Positions 40,854-58,100 of a DNA stretch of 64,000 bases are shown one piece after another. The stretch is from contig NOWV01000019.1 in NCBI GenBank assembly GCA_003344405.1, forward strand, positions 1 through 64,000. Reading direction: 5' to 3'. The translations under genes and the position numbers were made by a program. The notes under the pieces are model-generated. The model had not been told where the DNA came from, ran no database searches, and worked only from the letters and a program-made list of their open reading frames with translations. Origin of the DNA: Trichoplax sp. H2. Lineage: Eukaryota. Position 1 is the first letter of the stretch. Each line of letters begins with the position of its first letter.

Positions 40854-41915
40854 AATAATGACATCGCTAAAACCCGACCTCGGCTAAATGCAGTCATACG
40901 GTATTCATAAGAAGGGCGAGCTCCACCCATCTTAGCTAGGGACTGTAAGAATAAGAAATAATTAATAGTAATTAATTAACTACTGTACAGTACACTGAGT
41001 GTACACATTGTTGAGCAGGAAATTTTTTCTGATACTGTACAGTACCGTGTACAGTTCAGTAAGTTACTGTCTTGGCTCCTAAATTTACTGTTGATCATTT
41101 TGGACTAGCAAACTGTAGGTTGTAGACGAAGACAGAGACTGCTCAATGAGCAATGCTCATAGACAAGATCCTTTGTCTTATGAGGAGTCCTTGACTAAGA
41201 TAATCAGCCTATCACTCATACAATGCTGTAGCATCGATTCTCCTGTAGAAATCGTCAAGAATCATAGTATGAAACTACTAGATGTACATTATACAGTACT
41301 TGATATGGGATAAAAATGAGAAAACGCTTGGTCTACCGAACATCTCCGCCGGACTCAACATACAGTACCTAAGCTGTAACTATGAGACCGAGCTGAATCA
41401 GCTACACTTTACAGCAGTGAATGCATTCCCGCATTTTTATCCACCTTACACCATACGGAAAGGAAACAACATTAGAGTTATAGGAGCAACAAATGAAAAT
41501 TGTGATGCAACAACTAAAAAAATTGCCATCATCTGACTCTAATTCTACAGTACAGCACTACAGTATGATATACTGAAGTGTACAGTATGTACTGTAAATA
41601 CGTCGAACAGTAGTGGATTGCACCATCCTCGATGTCCGAGCGTCCGAGCCAAGCGCTGTAGTAGAAATTTTGGAGAATGTGCAATGTGTAAAATAGATGT
41701 CGTAGCATGTCTGAATACGACACTACACTATGCTCGATACATCGTTGTAAACGACAGTATATGAACGACATCTATTTTGCATAGTATGGTGAATGCTACA
41801 TACAGTACTGTACAGTACACTATACAGTATCGTACTGGATGGGTGTTGATTTGACAACGTTGAACCCATACCATACTGGTCTGTATCAAGGACTAAGTAC
41901 TGTCTGTACTATGGA

Positions 41916-41937
41916 TTCAAATGGCGGGAAATTTGAA
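41916..41937 (+). promoter_or_regulatory. CDE/E2F + CHR cell-cycle promoter element upstream of BLM
   Basis: ttcaaaTGGCGGGAAAtttgaa: GGCGG, 4-nt spacer, TTTGAA; full E2F site; second inverted CHR (ttcaaa); ~200 bp upstream of the donor cag|gtaagt at 42135 (likely 5'UTR exon). Confidence 0.7.
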
Positions 41938-43223
41938 AGCCGATGAATGTACAAAACAGTACGTACATTCGAGTACGAACGACATTGTCAAACACGTCAG
42001 GCGGAAAGACGACGTGTCCAGTCAAGTCACTCACTGAATTGGACGTTGCCATACAGATTGATTCAACAGCGTCCGCTTAGGGTGGAATTGCGAAGTCCTG
42101 AGCGATTGTCAACGAATTTTCAAGAACTAATTCAGGTAAGTTAATAGCATTTAAAATTTTTAGAAAGTAGAAAGAACCAAGATAACTTGGGTCAACAATA
42201 TTTCGCCATTTCCATGATTTGTGTCTATCCTTGATAAACAGTAGAGAGATGTTTGATTTCGTTCAATGTCTATGACAACTATGGAGAGTCAATGACTGTC
42301 CATTGTATTGGCATGAAAAAAAATAGTCATACTGACTGTCTACTGTAGGTTGTGAAGTATTCCTACAAGCATTCAATTTATACTCGACAGCAATTTTACT
42401 TTGATAAATTAAGATTTCAAGGTAGTAAACAGGAAAATGACAACCCAATGACCTACCAGCTCACTGGTTGACAATTCCATTAGTATTGCTTTTAGACTTT
42501 TTCTTACATACACAAGAATTTCTTTAACCAATGGTTCAATCATTCACTTAGTGAAAGGAAACGTAACACGAAAGTATACTTCATGCTGTACTGTACCAGC
42601 AATGACTGGACTCAGACTTGTCTTAATACTTCTTACCTTAGGTAGGATAACTATTTTGCATAAATGCATAACCAAGCCTAATTTCCATCTTGAAGACGTG
42701 CTACTTGGCTAAACTCTTTCTACGTCATGATCAATTAATGGTAAGCGAGATCGTAAGCTAATCTGAGATAACTGATCATTCAATAAATTGTGTTATACAT
42801 CGTTTACATGTCGAGAACGAATTAAGACATACTGTACTGATCAAGTCACAATGGAAGCTTTGAATCCTATTAATTCATACATGATAGGATTTAATAAATA
42901 TATGTACCTAATCAATCAAAAACATGACAAAGAATGAACTTTCACTTGTTTCACTCAGTCGTCTGGTATTCTTGCCTACATTTGTATATATATATATATA
43001 ACATGCAGTATAGACTTCATAGACACTATATAGCAAGGAATACTGTACTATATGTATTGATTCCGTCGTTAAATAACTTTATCGACGACTGATTATCGTT
43101 AATACTATCATACTAATTGTCCTCGTTTATTCTATCTCCTTGAGATCCAATTTCTCTCACCTTCATGGTTGAAAATTGAAATTTACTTGCTACCTCTGGG
43201 ATGAAAAGTCCTTAGCAACAACA

Positions 43224-47717
<4,494 letters not shown>

Positions 47718-50700
47718 TGTACTATGCTGTAGCTTTGAGTCCCTACTTTAATCAAACGACAGTCAATCTCTAAGTATTATATATGAATATACAATACAGT
47801 TAACGCAGACTTTCACAAAAGGATTATGTCTACAACGGCAAGAAAGTAGCTCGACAAATGCACTAGATTACATCATACGCAATATAAGCTTTAAAATAAC
47901 TGTAATTACGAAACTTCAGAAGTTATAATTTTCCAAGAGTGCATTTGGTGTTTACTGTCATTTTACGTGCCTTGCTTCGTAAATATCACGACTCCAGTAC
48001 TGCACTGATTTTTATCAAATGAAGACCGATTTATATGTTTAAATTTGCAATATTGAACAAAATTTTATATATCTATATATGCATATTTTATAAGTTATCG
48101 TTATTGGAAAAAAATGAATAAGAACTAAATCGAAATCATTTCGTAACAGCAAATTGTATAATTGTAAATTTGTTAGAATTTTGAAATATGATTTTGTGCT
48201 ATATTAAATAGCCAATTAAGAAAAAATATTAATCATGGTGGTCAAGAATACGAAATATACGAGTTGAAATAAAAATGGAATATTTCTAACCTATGCAGCA
48301 AAGGAATCTATCTCAAGAAGGATTCAAGCTTTATGTGTAATGAAATATAGGGCGAAAAATGTTTGCCTCGTAGCTTTCAACCAAATCTTGTTTTAGGTAG
48401 GATATTTTTAAGGGAGGCAGAAGCTATTTTAATTTACTGACATACCCAATTACATGTAAAAACGCCACATTATTTACTAGTAGCTCTGTTATAGAACATC
48501 TTATTCGGAATGCAGGCAACTCTTTCATTCTGTACTTGGTTATAATCTCATTGATGCAAATGTACTGAAAACGTACTGTAATTGTCATAGTAGTGAAACC
48601 AACCAAGGTTTGTTGTTGCGGGAGAGTAAGCGAACTGAGTGCATAAAATTTTAAATTAGTTTAATATGTACGCCGACACAGCTCATAGCAACCAAATCTT
48701 TGTACTAATTTAATATGAATCTTTCATATAGTTAGTAACCTTTCAAAAAAATGTATAGAATTTGAAGTAAAAATAATAAATCTTATCCTAATACCGAATC
48801 TCAGCGACGAAACATTCAACATAATTTTCTTAGATAGAAGCATATCCTGTAAAAATATTGCTCATGGATATTGCTCAGAACATTACTGTAAATAAATCGA
48901 AAGATGATCTAGTTTCTCAACATCATTTCTAGTTTTATGATGCTTAATAGAAAGAATTTCAATTTCTTATTCGTCTGTCCTTGAATGATTTCCGAACCTT
49001 TAGAAAGTCTAACTGTAAATAGCAATTCTATTGCTATAAATACCCCTGATACTATAAGAATATTGTTATAAGCCACTAATCCTACAGCACTGCAGCTAAA
49101 ATTTCTTGCAATTTTAATCATCTAATTATATATCTAGAGTGTGATCCAAAGTAGTGTAAATATGCAATGTAGAGTTAGTGCTTTTAATTTAATTCCTGAA
49201 ACAATTTAGTACTATTACATCTAATTAATTAATATTGTAATTTTTACTAGTATTAAACATTGCAGGTCGGAGAGAAATTAAATTTAATTAGTAAATTCAA
49301 GTGCCCAATGAACTTTAATAAGATCAATTACTCAACAGAAAGTGTTAGCACGAATCAATAAATTCGATCTGAGCTTTTTTTCTCTCTTTTTATGCATGAA
49401 AAACGCTACTACTAGCTAAACTTCTAGAACTGTATCTGAAATTAACGACAAAGATATAGCTTTATTTATGGGGTTGCTCTCTGCTTTGCTATTTAATTAA
49501 TGGCGGATCGGATTAAGTGTCGGTAATCCTTTACTCTAATTCAAGTCATTAATGATTAAGGTTCAAAATGGCTATCACAGTATTTTATACAATAATATTA
49601 AAGTAGATTGCAAAAGATTCCTCCACTTCTCCTCCAAGCTCGATCCTATAATTATTCATTTAAATAATCTTAAACAGCGATTTTCATTTATTTTATTAAA
49701 GCGGATATGATGAAGGTTGATAAATGTACTGAAATTAGAATATTTTCATTTGCTCATAGAGAAGCTCTCAACTACTTTGGCAGTCAAAAGATCTATGCTC
49801 CTACTTTTTCAATATTTATTGAAATGATGGAGTTATAATAGGAAAGTGCTATAGTTTTTAAATTCGTGCGTTTATTTGTCATTAATTGGCTACAATGCAA
49901 GCCGATCATGATAGCATCAGAGCTATTTGGCCGAATTATTACTGAAAACCTTTATTAGCGCTCAAAATTAAGCATCAGTAGCCACTTTTGTAATCTTTGG
50001 TTAAATCTTCTTTTTACTGGCATATAAATTGCGTGAAGTAATAATTTCGGATATGCAGTAATTATCGTATTTTAATGTCTGAATTCAGCAGTAAGTAGCT
50101 CATTATAATCTATACCAAAGACATTCCATGCTAAAAGCCGGGACTAATTTTCAACGAAATGATTTGCTTCTCTATTCCGTTCAAATTTAAAAATATTTAC
50201 GATAATTTTCAGATTGTTTCCAATCTAATTATAAATCAGCAGCTGGTACTGTTATGTCGTACATCACGAAATATTTTCAATTTTCTTCATAATGAATTTT
50301 GGCAACTAGATTATTTTATTAAAATCTGTAAGTTTCTGCTACATTTTTTTAATTTTCTCAAGGGTATTCTTGAACTCCATACCTAAAATTAAACCCAGAA
50401 GTTTAAATACTTCAAATTTGATTATTTAGTATCAAGTATTTTCTTGTAGCAGTAAATAATGGTGACTAATAGAGGGAGTATTTCATTGGTACGAAACAAA
50501 AATCGATTAATTTACCATTAACGTATATTAAGTATTAAAATACATTATAGTACCAACATATTTTTCCCTTGACTATAGCTGTGGTATTAGTCACTGTATA
50601 TACTGTATATATTATTATTAGTGCACAAAGTCATACTATCGTCTCATTTCCATATGGATTTTATTGTTAATAAGCCATATGTTTTACTAACTCAGCTGTC

Positions 50701-52549
50701 AACTTTATTCCTTGCATAGAGAATTATATCTATCATATTTTGCTTTGCTAACGGCATCATATGATTATTTCTGCCTATGTTAGAAAAGAGTTGGAACTGG
50801 AAAGAAATTTAGCCAAAGTGTTTACAATACATTATTATCAATTTGATTCAAGGTAAGTAGATTGATTTAATCCATCCTTTCATTCAAGAGTTTTTATTAC
50901 AGATCCTAGAATACTGTATACTACGGAAACATGGATTTCTTCTATAATTTCAGTATTATATGAAGTCCACGTCAATCATCTGATAGCAAAAATTAATTTC
51001 AATTTTGGCCATCTTTACGGGGTCCTTTTCATTATTTACTACGGCAAATCAAATTACAGATTTAGGGTTATCTGTAGTAAGAAAATCTACTTATAAAAAT
51101 GCGTTCACATATTGTACTATCGTCAATTTAGATCTTCTGTCCTGTAAGACCTATCAAATATGCCATAAATTAATAAGATATCTATACAAGGATTCCACTT
51201 GCACTAGATGCTACAAAATTTGATATCTAAATTATATGGTTAGCCTTTAAATTGGCCTAATAGGTTTGCTTTCAGATGAATAGCATACTTTCACAGAAGA
51301 TAGTACTCATCATATAACGATACTTTTATACCATCTGTATATCAAATTAGAGATGCTAAATAATAATCTATACTAATTAATAGCTTATAAATGTACCAAT
51401 TTATCCTTGCATCCCATTTTTAAATTTCTCATCTCTTGTATGCAAAATGAAATTCAGCTACTGCGTAACAAATGAGTAGCTTTCAATTTATCCCCAAAAT
51501 TTCATATGCAGACTATAATAAATGCAGTCTGCCAATTATCTTAGCTTCTTTTCGTGACACTTTTGGGTTTCAATTCTTTATCTTTAATAGCAATTAGAGA
51601 TTATTTAACGTTTATTTTTTAAGCAATTCTTAATTTCTTTAATGATACCTAGTATTAATTTTATATAAGAACAACCTTGAATATAAATTCCTTAAACTTA
51701 ACTTCTTATCAAAGTAAGCAAAGCGAACGATAAATTACAATAGCTACTTTACAATTAAGCTATACGAGGTAAGCAAGCTTGGGTCAATTTAATGAAATAC
51801 CAGCAAAAGAGTAGATATTATTACATAATACTGATCGAATCTATACAGGCTTGCAATATAAAGCAGTTAGTGTGTTAAAAATGATATCCTATTTGCTAAA
51901 GATACAGCATGTCCTTACTCTATTTTAGTAAAGTTGGTAAACAAAATATTTACTTTGAAGTCCTTGCAATAGCATGCAATAGTTGTAATTAAAGAAATAT
52001 AGAGACAATTTCGTTAAAATACACAATTCACTCTACAGTTATGAAATAAAGGTACGTACGATTAAAATTTCTTGTAGAAGGAAATTTTATTTTTGGTAGG
52101 GTAAAATATGTTTAATTTTTTACGATTATAGTTTGTCTTTTTATGTTACAGTTCAAGTTTTTGTATTGCTTTATAGTACTGTAAGTTGAAATATGTCAGT
52201 TTCTAATGTAATTTCTATTAATAAATATTTATATCGACAAATTATTTACTGTATTTCAGGAAACCGTAAGCTTCAGCAGTTAAAAGCTAAATTAAAGAAT
52301 TCAGTTTATATCGATATCCAGCAAGATTGTGGTTTATTTTTATAATTATTGATCATATACGCGTAGTCTTGAACTAGACATTATCAATGCAAAAAACAAC
52401 ATTTAACATTAAGTTCCTTAAAGTTATAAACTTGATCTGTTATGTCGTTAACATTCGATGGACTCTCTATGTTGAAATTAGACAAGCATCACAAACTCTA
52501 CCTTCGCTTTTCCTGTTACTTATTAGAATATTCGAGAAAAGACAATACC

Positions 52550-52814
52550 ATGGCCGCGTTGAACAAAATTAATTTTGAATTTCCAATGTGGGAAAACGTT
52601 GACTGGCCTAAGCGAGAGGATGAAAAAGATGAGCAAGTCAAGGAATTGCTAAGCGAGAGTGAACAAGAAGTTAAAAAGGAACCGGATCAAGATAGTAAGT
52701 CTTGCATGCCATGTCAAGGGTTCTAATTTAACGGATAATTGGAATGTTGCTTGTTTAGATACACCTTTAACTAGGCTAATGAGTAGCAATTTGCTAAAAG
52801 AGGTGCGAAATTAA
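52550..52814 (+). CDS. Spliced 66-aa acidic microprotein, function unknown
   Basis: accATGG start; exons 52550-52694 and 52759-52814 joined in phase 1 across a 64-nt GT-AG intron: MAALNKINFEFPMWENVDWPKREDEKDEQVKELLSESEQEVKKEPDQDNTPLTRLMSSNLLKEVRN. Confidence 0.65.
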
Positions 52815-53405
52815 AATAGTATAATGGAAGTCAGAAAAGGATAGACTAGCCAAGCTATAATATGCACTTTGTTGATTGCAATTTGATGTACATCAAATAT
52901 CCAATTCAATCAACTAACTATCTAAGAGAAGCCCATCGGAATAGAGTTAAAAATAGTTCAGAAATAAGTCATTACCGTATTCCATACTGTAAGTTTGCAT
53001 TTCGTAGCAAAACTTGGCATCACTTGGCTAATACGTTCATAAAAGACAATAAAATCCATTCTGTGTATGGCATCCATTGCTCGCACGAAACACCGCGCTG
53101 TAGTTAAATGATGGAAAGAAGTAATTAGGGGATAAAAGGGAATGACAACCTTGCTAATAACACTTATCGTTAGAAAAAATTGTTTATATAAAATCCCTCT
53201 GTCGCGATCAAGTGCTGTTCTTGACCACAAACGCAAAGTAACTATTGTACCTGCGTAAACCCATTACTAGACTAATAATAGCCATTCCAATCGAAGAGAA
53301 TCTTAGTATGTCAAAATAAATTGTTTGGTAAAATAGATTTTTGCCATCGTATAAAAGAGTAATGCTGGTACTGCAATCATGGGGCGTATTTTCCATCTCC
53401 ATCAA
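52812..53405 (-). pseudogene. Frameshifted rhodopsin-like GPCR fragment (TM1-TM4)
   Basis: Across frameshifts: TM1 FSSIGMAIISLVMGL/AGTIVTLRLW, TM2 ILYKQFFLTISVISKVVIP, TM3 starting KCKL...LISELFLTLFRW (DRY-like position), TM4 VHIIAWLVYPFLTSII. Confidence 0.45.
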
Positions 53406-53517
53406 CGATAGCTATTTTGATGCGCTGTATTCCCTCAGTTAAGTCAGCCCATAGAATACAGCATGTAGTAGCCATCGAAATGGCTAATAAGAATAATTGT
53501 AGATATCGTTAAGTGTC

Positions 53518-53936
53518 CTAAATGCTGTAATCCCTAGTTATGTAAGACCTCTCTACATGCTCCAGTTTATGATTCACGGCTTAATGTTTTGTGTGGGACT
53601 AGTTGCAGTTAAAGAAATTTTGTATCATTTTGTGGGGCATGTTCAAATTGATTACCCAGGTTGATCCCATTAAAAATGCTGTCTAGTTTAGTATACCCGT
53701 AAGCAACATTCGCGTGAAATATTAGTAATACTAAATGCTGTAATCCCTAGTTATGCAAGACCTCTGTACATGATCCTGCATATGATTCACGGCCTGGTGT
53801 TTTGTGTGGGACTAGTTGCAGTTAAATCGATTTTGTATCATTTTGTGGGGCATGTTTATATTGATTACTCAGGTTGATCTCATTAAAAATGCTGTCTAGT
53901 TAATTGTAGCCGTAAGCAACATTGCGCTTGAAATAT
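53518..53936. repeat. Direct tandem duplication, 213-bp period, 2 copies
   Basis: ctaaatgctgtaatccctagttatg... starts at 53518 and 53731, with high similarity through ...cgtaagcaacatt. Confidence 0.92.
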
Positions 53937-55175
53937 GCGTGATAACCGCATGAGAATGCAATTAGCTATCCATTAATAATAAGTAAAGTAACGTTTCAAT
54001 ACGCCAAGTAGAACGAGCGAGATATATTGTAGTTTATAATGACATAGACTACGTTATGGTACAGTCTAGCATAACCGTACAACCACACATTAATCGATGC
54101 TGGCATTCATCTTGGCTGCGTTCCCAAGTTTTGAATTTTTTGGATAGGAAGACTGTCAAGATTCCTATCAATTTTAGCTATAGCCAGTACACGCTCAAGG
54201 TGCGTCTATCAATAAAGTATTAAGTCATGACTAAACAGCCCATTGTCCCTCCAAGTATCCCCTAAAATCATAATATTAATAACAATAAGTGGCTAAACCC
54301 ATGGAAATTCCACGGAATAAAGTCCAATTTTGAGTTATTAGACCGAGAGAATCCGGTTTAGGAACGCGAATTTTTAGTCAAACACTCCTAACAGCGTAAG
54401 ACACGTACAATCCGCTCGAGTCCACCATGATCTCTAGCAGCTTACTCTACCCTACTTCACTCTACCGATTTCTAATTTGAACATTAAACTGTGGTCAGTC
54501 GATACTCCATTGGAACTGTTTTTGTCAATGTGAAAAGCAAATTATGGAATAATAATCCCAAGCAACTGTTGGTTTTTCTTTTCGTACTCCATAGTTAGGA
54601 AAGACATTTTTGACAAATTGGCAGCGCAGCCCGGTCCCGATTTGGGACCGGTACGATTTTGATGTCAATGTCAATCAACACAGCCATGCATGCTACAGTG
54701 TACAGTACTTTACTCTTTCAGTCAACTTGAGTCCATCGCACTCAAACTGTAGAGTACGCACTGTAGAGGAGAGAAAAACAAGCGTACCGTACCGTACCGG
54801 TTCGGTCCGTACTGGTACACTTCCAGTACACAACCGCTAGACAGTAACAAGTTCCATTCACTACATCACTCCATATAGGCGTGACTCAGGGAGGCAATCC
54901 GTTACTCGTTATCACCATGCTTGTACCGAAGGGCTGGATGGGCGCGGCACCCCATCATTGCGTCAAAACATTGTACTGGACGATAACGGGATTCTTGTTA
55001 TTCTTCTTGTAGCCAATGAACAATGTTATTGATTAGACGATTATTACCGTTATAATTATGAGTATTATTAACACAGTTGGATTATTTGCTGATGTATTCC
55101 ACTGGCAAGCTGGGATAGTTTAGCTTTCATAATTTTGTTCTTGGCCATTGAATCGCTTCATCAGTTATTGCCATC

Positions 55176-58100
55176 ATGCGTAAATCGTTTCGTTTAAGAA
55201 AAGCCAAATCCAAAGGTAGGTGCAAAATGCTGATAGCCATGTAAAATGACCAGTGTTGATGTTGCAACGGCAAGATAACGAGGATCGATGCGATCGTGAG
55301 GGAAGATCATGATGATGAGAATAAATTTTCTTTCATTGAAAGCTATCCATCGACTATCTTTATGGTAGGTAATCTACCTAAACATGACCTTCTATGCTGT
55401 ATCGAAACAGTGGATCCAACGTGCAACGATGATCGACGACGACCAAACGCCAATTCCCGTCAACACTCTATTCAACGGCCATCATCATCAAGGCTGTACT
55501 ACTTAGTTATGGTTATCATGCAATCGATTCATTTCCTTCATTAGGTTGTAATCGATCTTGACCGTCCATCAACAACTTTGTTGAAATATGGCCTGTGATA
55601 CAACGACGGCGATGATACAATCGTTGTAAAAGTCAATCACGCCCATGAAGATAGCCTACAGTAGTCCCTGATCGACTTGTATTAGATGAGAATTGGTAGG
55701 CAGGCAATCGATTAGGAACTGGAGAGACATGATTATTTTTGTTTTGGGGGAGAATTTGCGGGAATTATCATCTCCTATACATTATCGCTTAAATGAGAGA
55801 AATAGTTTGGACAATAACGGGTTAGCCTGCAATTTTAGGCCTGGGAAATATTTTTCAATTTTTTGGATAATCGATAACAAGTAGATTAAACGACTACAAG
55901 GAAACATCCAACACCATTTTATTTTTACCTTTGCATCATCAATATTCCGTCCCGTCGACATACTATACATTTGTAAAGTACGATACAATCTTATCAAATT
56001 CATTAAATGTCAGAGAAAATGATCGCAATGAAACCGTTTGGAAAACCATTCTATCATCGTTCGACGTGATATACAGTACTGTACTGTACATACTTTTCAT
56101 GTTTGCTAGAGAGATTTCTCAGCTTTACAACGTATTATCATCTTCTATTTTTTATCGATTTGCCATTGTGTATACAGATCTATTTTCCATTAACTAGACG
56201 TTCACTTCATCACTCAACATCTTTTCATCGAGTTTCCTTGCATCTACTGTACAATAAAATAGTTTATTCCTCTTATCAATCACTCATTTTGGTGCGTGCT
56301 ATTGGAGATTATTCTATTCCAATGCATTTTCTATATTATTATTTCGTCATTGACCACAGAACCAATACGTCAAGTTATATTCAACTTGATCATTCTTCTA
56401 CTTTCTTGCTACTTTTAGCCGATAAACTCGATGCTACTGGTGATACAGATATCAAAGACATCACCGGATCGACTTTATCACTACCTGCAGACTCTCCAAA
56501 AAAGAAAAAGTGGTATTCTTCGATAGGTAAATCCAAATCCAAGAAGAAATTAGAATCACCAAACTCCGAATTACCAACTAACCATGAAACTAACCATGAA
56601 ACTAATGGATTCGCTGATGATTACCATGACCTCAATCACGATGTCCACACTGAAATATACCAAAATGAACCGCGAGCTGGTGGCAGTAATGCTGCGACTA
56701 ACAACGGAAACACAAGTCCTACCAAAAAAACAAAGTCTAAATTTACATTCAATTCTAACAATCATCATGCTAGCAATGGCCAAGAGAAAGAAAGTAATGT
56801 TCGACCACGAGTTGATAGTACTAGTGCACCATTAGCCGGTGAAGACACCGAAATTGGCAATAGTCAAAATGCTTCCCCGTCTCCAGTACACCGTAATGGA
56901 ACACCTGGGGCTGAAGCACCAACAAATTCATTTTTCAGCTTTTTAAGCGGAAGTCCAACGACTAAAGAACCCAAGCAAAATCATGATGGAAGCGACGATA
57001 AGGTAAGCCAGGTCAATCTAGGTCAACAATTTGTCTTTCATATTACGATCGTGTTATTACCCTCGCCCAACTACTTTAATCTATTACATAATTAATGATC
57101 CAAATGAAATGACCGCCTATCCCTTTGCTTTGCCATGATGACCTTTTAATCGACAGGAATATCGTATTGGACATTTAAAAATGCCTGAATTTTTCTTTGA
57201 ACCGCTAACATTTTGATAACACATCACTGTGCCAATGAGTTGCTGTTATGACAAGCACTTTCAATCGCTTTCTTAATGTCTTTTTTAAGCCCTCAAAAAA
57301 AAAACGAAAGACGATATTCACAAATGTTATATGTAGCGATACATCATGTCGTTGCTTGAGAGGTTTAAAGTTAGCAATATTCGAAATGGTAATTCCCTCA
57401 TACCCTCATCCAAGATGAACACAAACTAAAACTATCATGGTTTTATGACAACAATTTTTTTACCCTACATATATCTTTATTTTCCCAATAATGATGAGAT
57501 CCTTCTAAACTACTCGATCGATATCAGTCACCGACATTGGTCTCGTATGCGTACAGATTTAAAAAGCTCCAATAGCAATGATAATTCAATTTAATAAACA
57601 ATACTATTCAATAAAAATCTAGAGATAGAGAAACAAAGCAATGGTAGACAGTGAAATGAGTAGATTTAAGTCAGTCTACCATCTGACTTGATAACGGCTT
57701 ATTTCTACTCATAAAGAATAATATTATCACTCCAAATTTACTACATATGTTATTTGACCTCCTGCTGAATTTCTTGATCGCATACGTGCAGTGCCAAATG
57801 TCTGCATCGACGTTTCTATACGACCAACTGACTCACAATTAAAAATTAAAAGACTAATAATGGCATTAGCAGTATTTCCTTAATATCTATCTCTCTATTC
57901 GTTATGTAGTTGACTTTATGAATCAAAATAGGATATGGTTAAATAGTTATGTCATCTAGAATACTACGTTAAAGTGTGAATTTTTTTGCCATGTATCATT
58001 TCATGTTAACACCCGTGTATGTTATCAAGTTGAGATCTGCTTGTGCATTAGCTAGAAGTAGTTATCAAGGAAGAAAACCTAGTCCTAGTAAATAGGTTTA

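Noticed and set aside
41141-41185. Small hairpins (ctcatagacaag…ttgtcttatgag)
   Set aside because: Short and single in the window; no function can be supported
40111-41771. Several short ORFs between SMPD2 and BLM
   Set aside because: Promoter or low-complexity DNA; no motifs or exon structure
56103-56418. N-terminal part of the 330-aa ORF
   Set aside because: Intronic; the real MCTP exon starts at the acceptor before 56419
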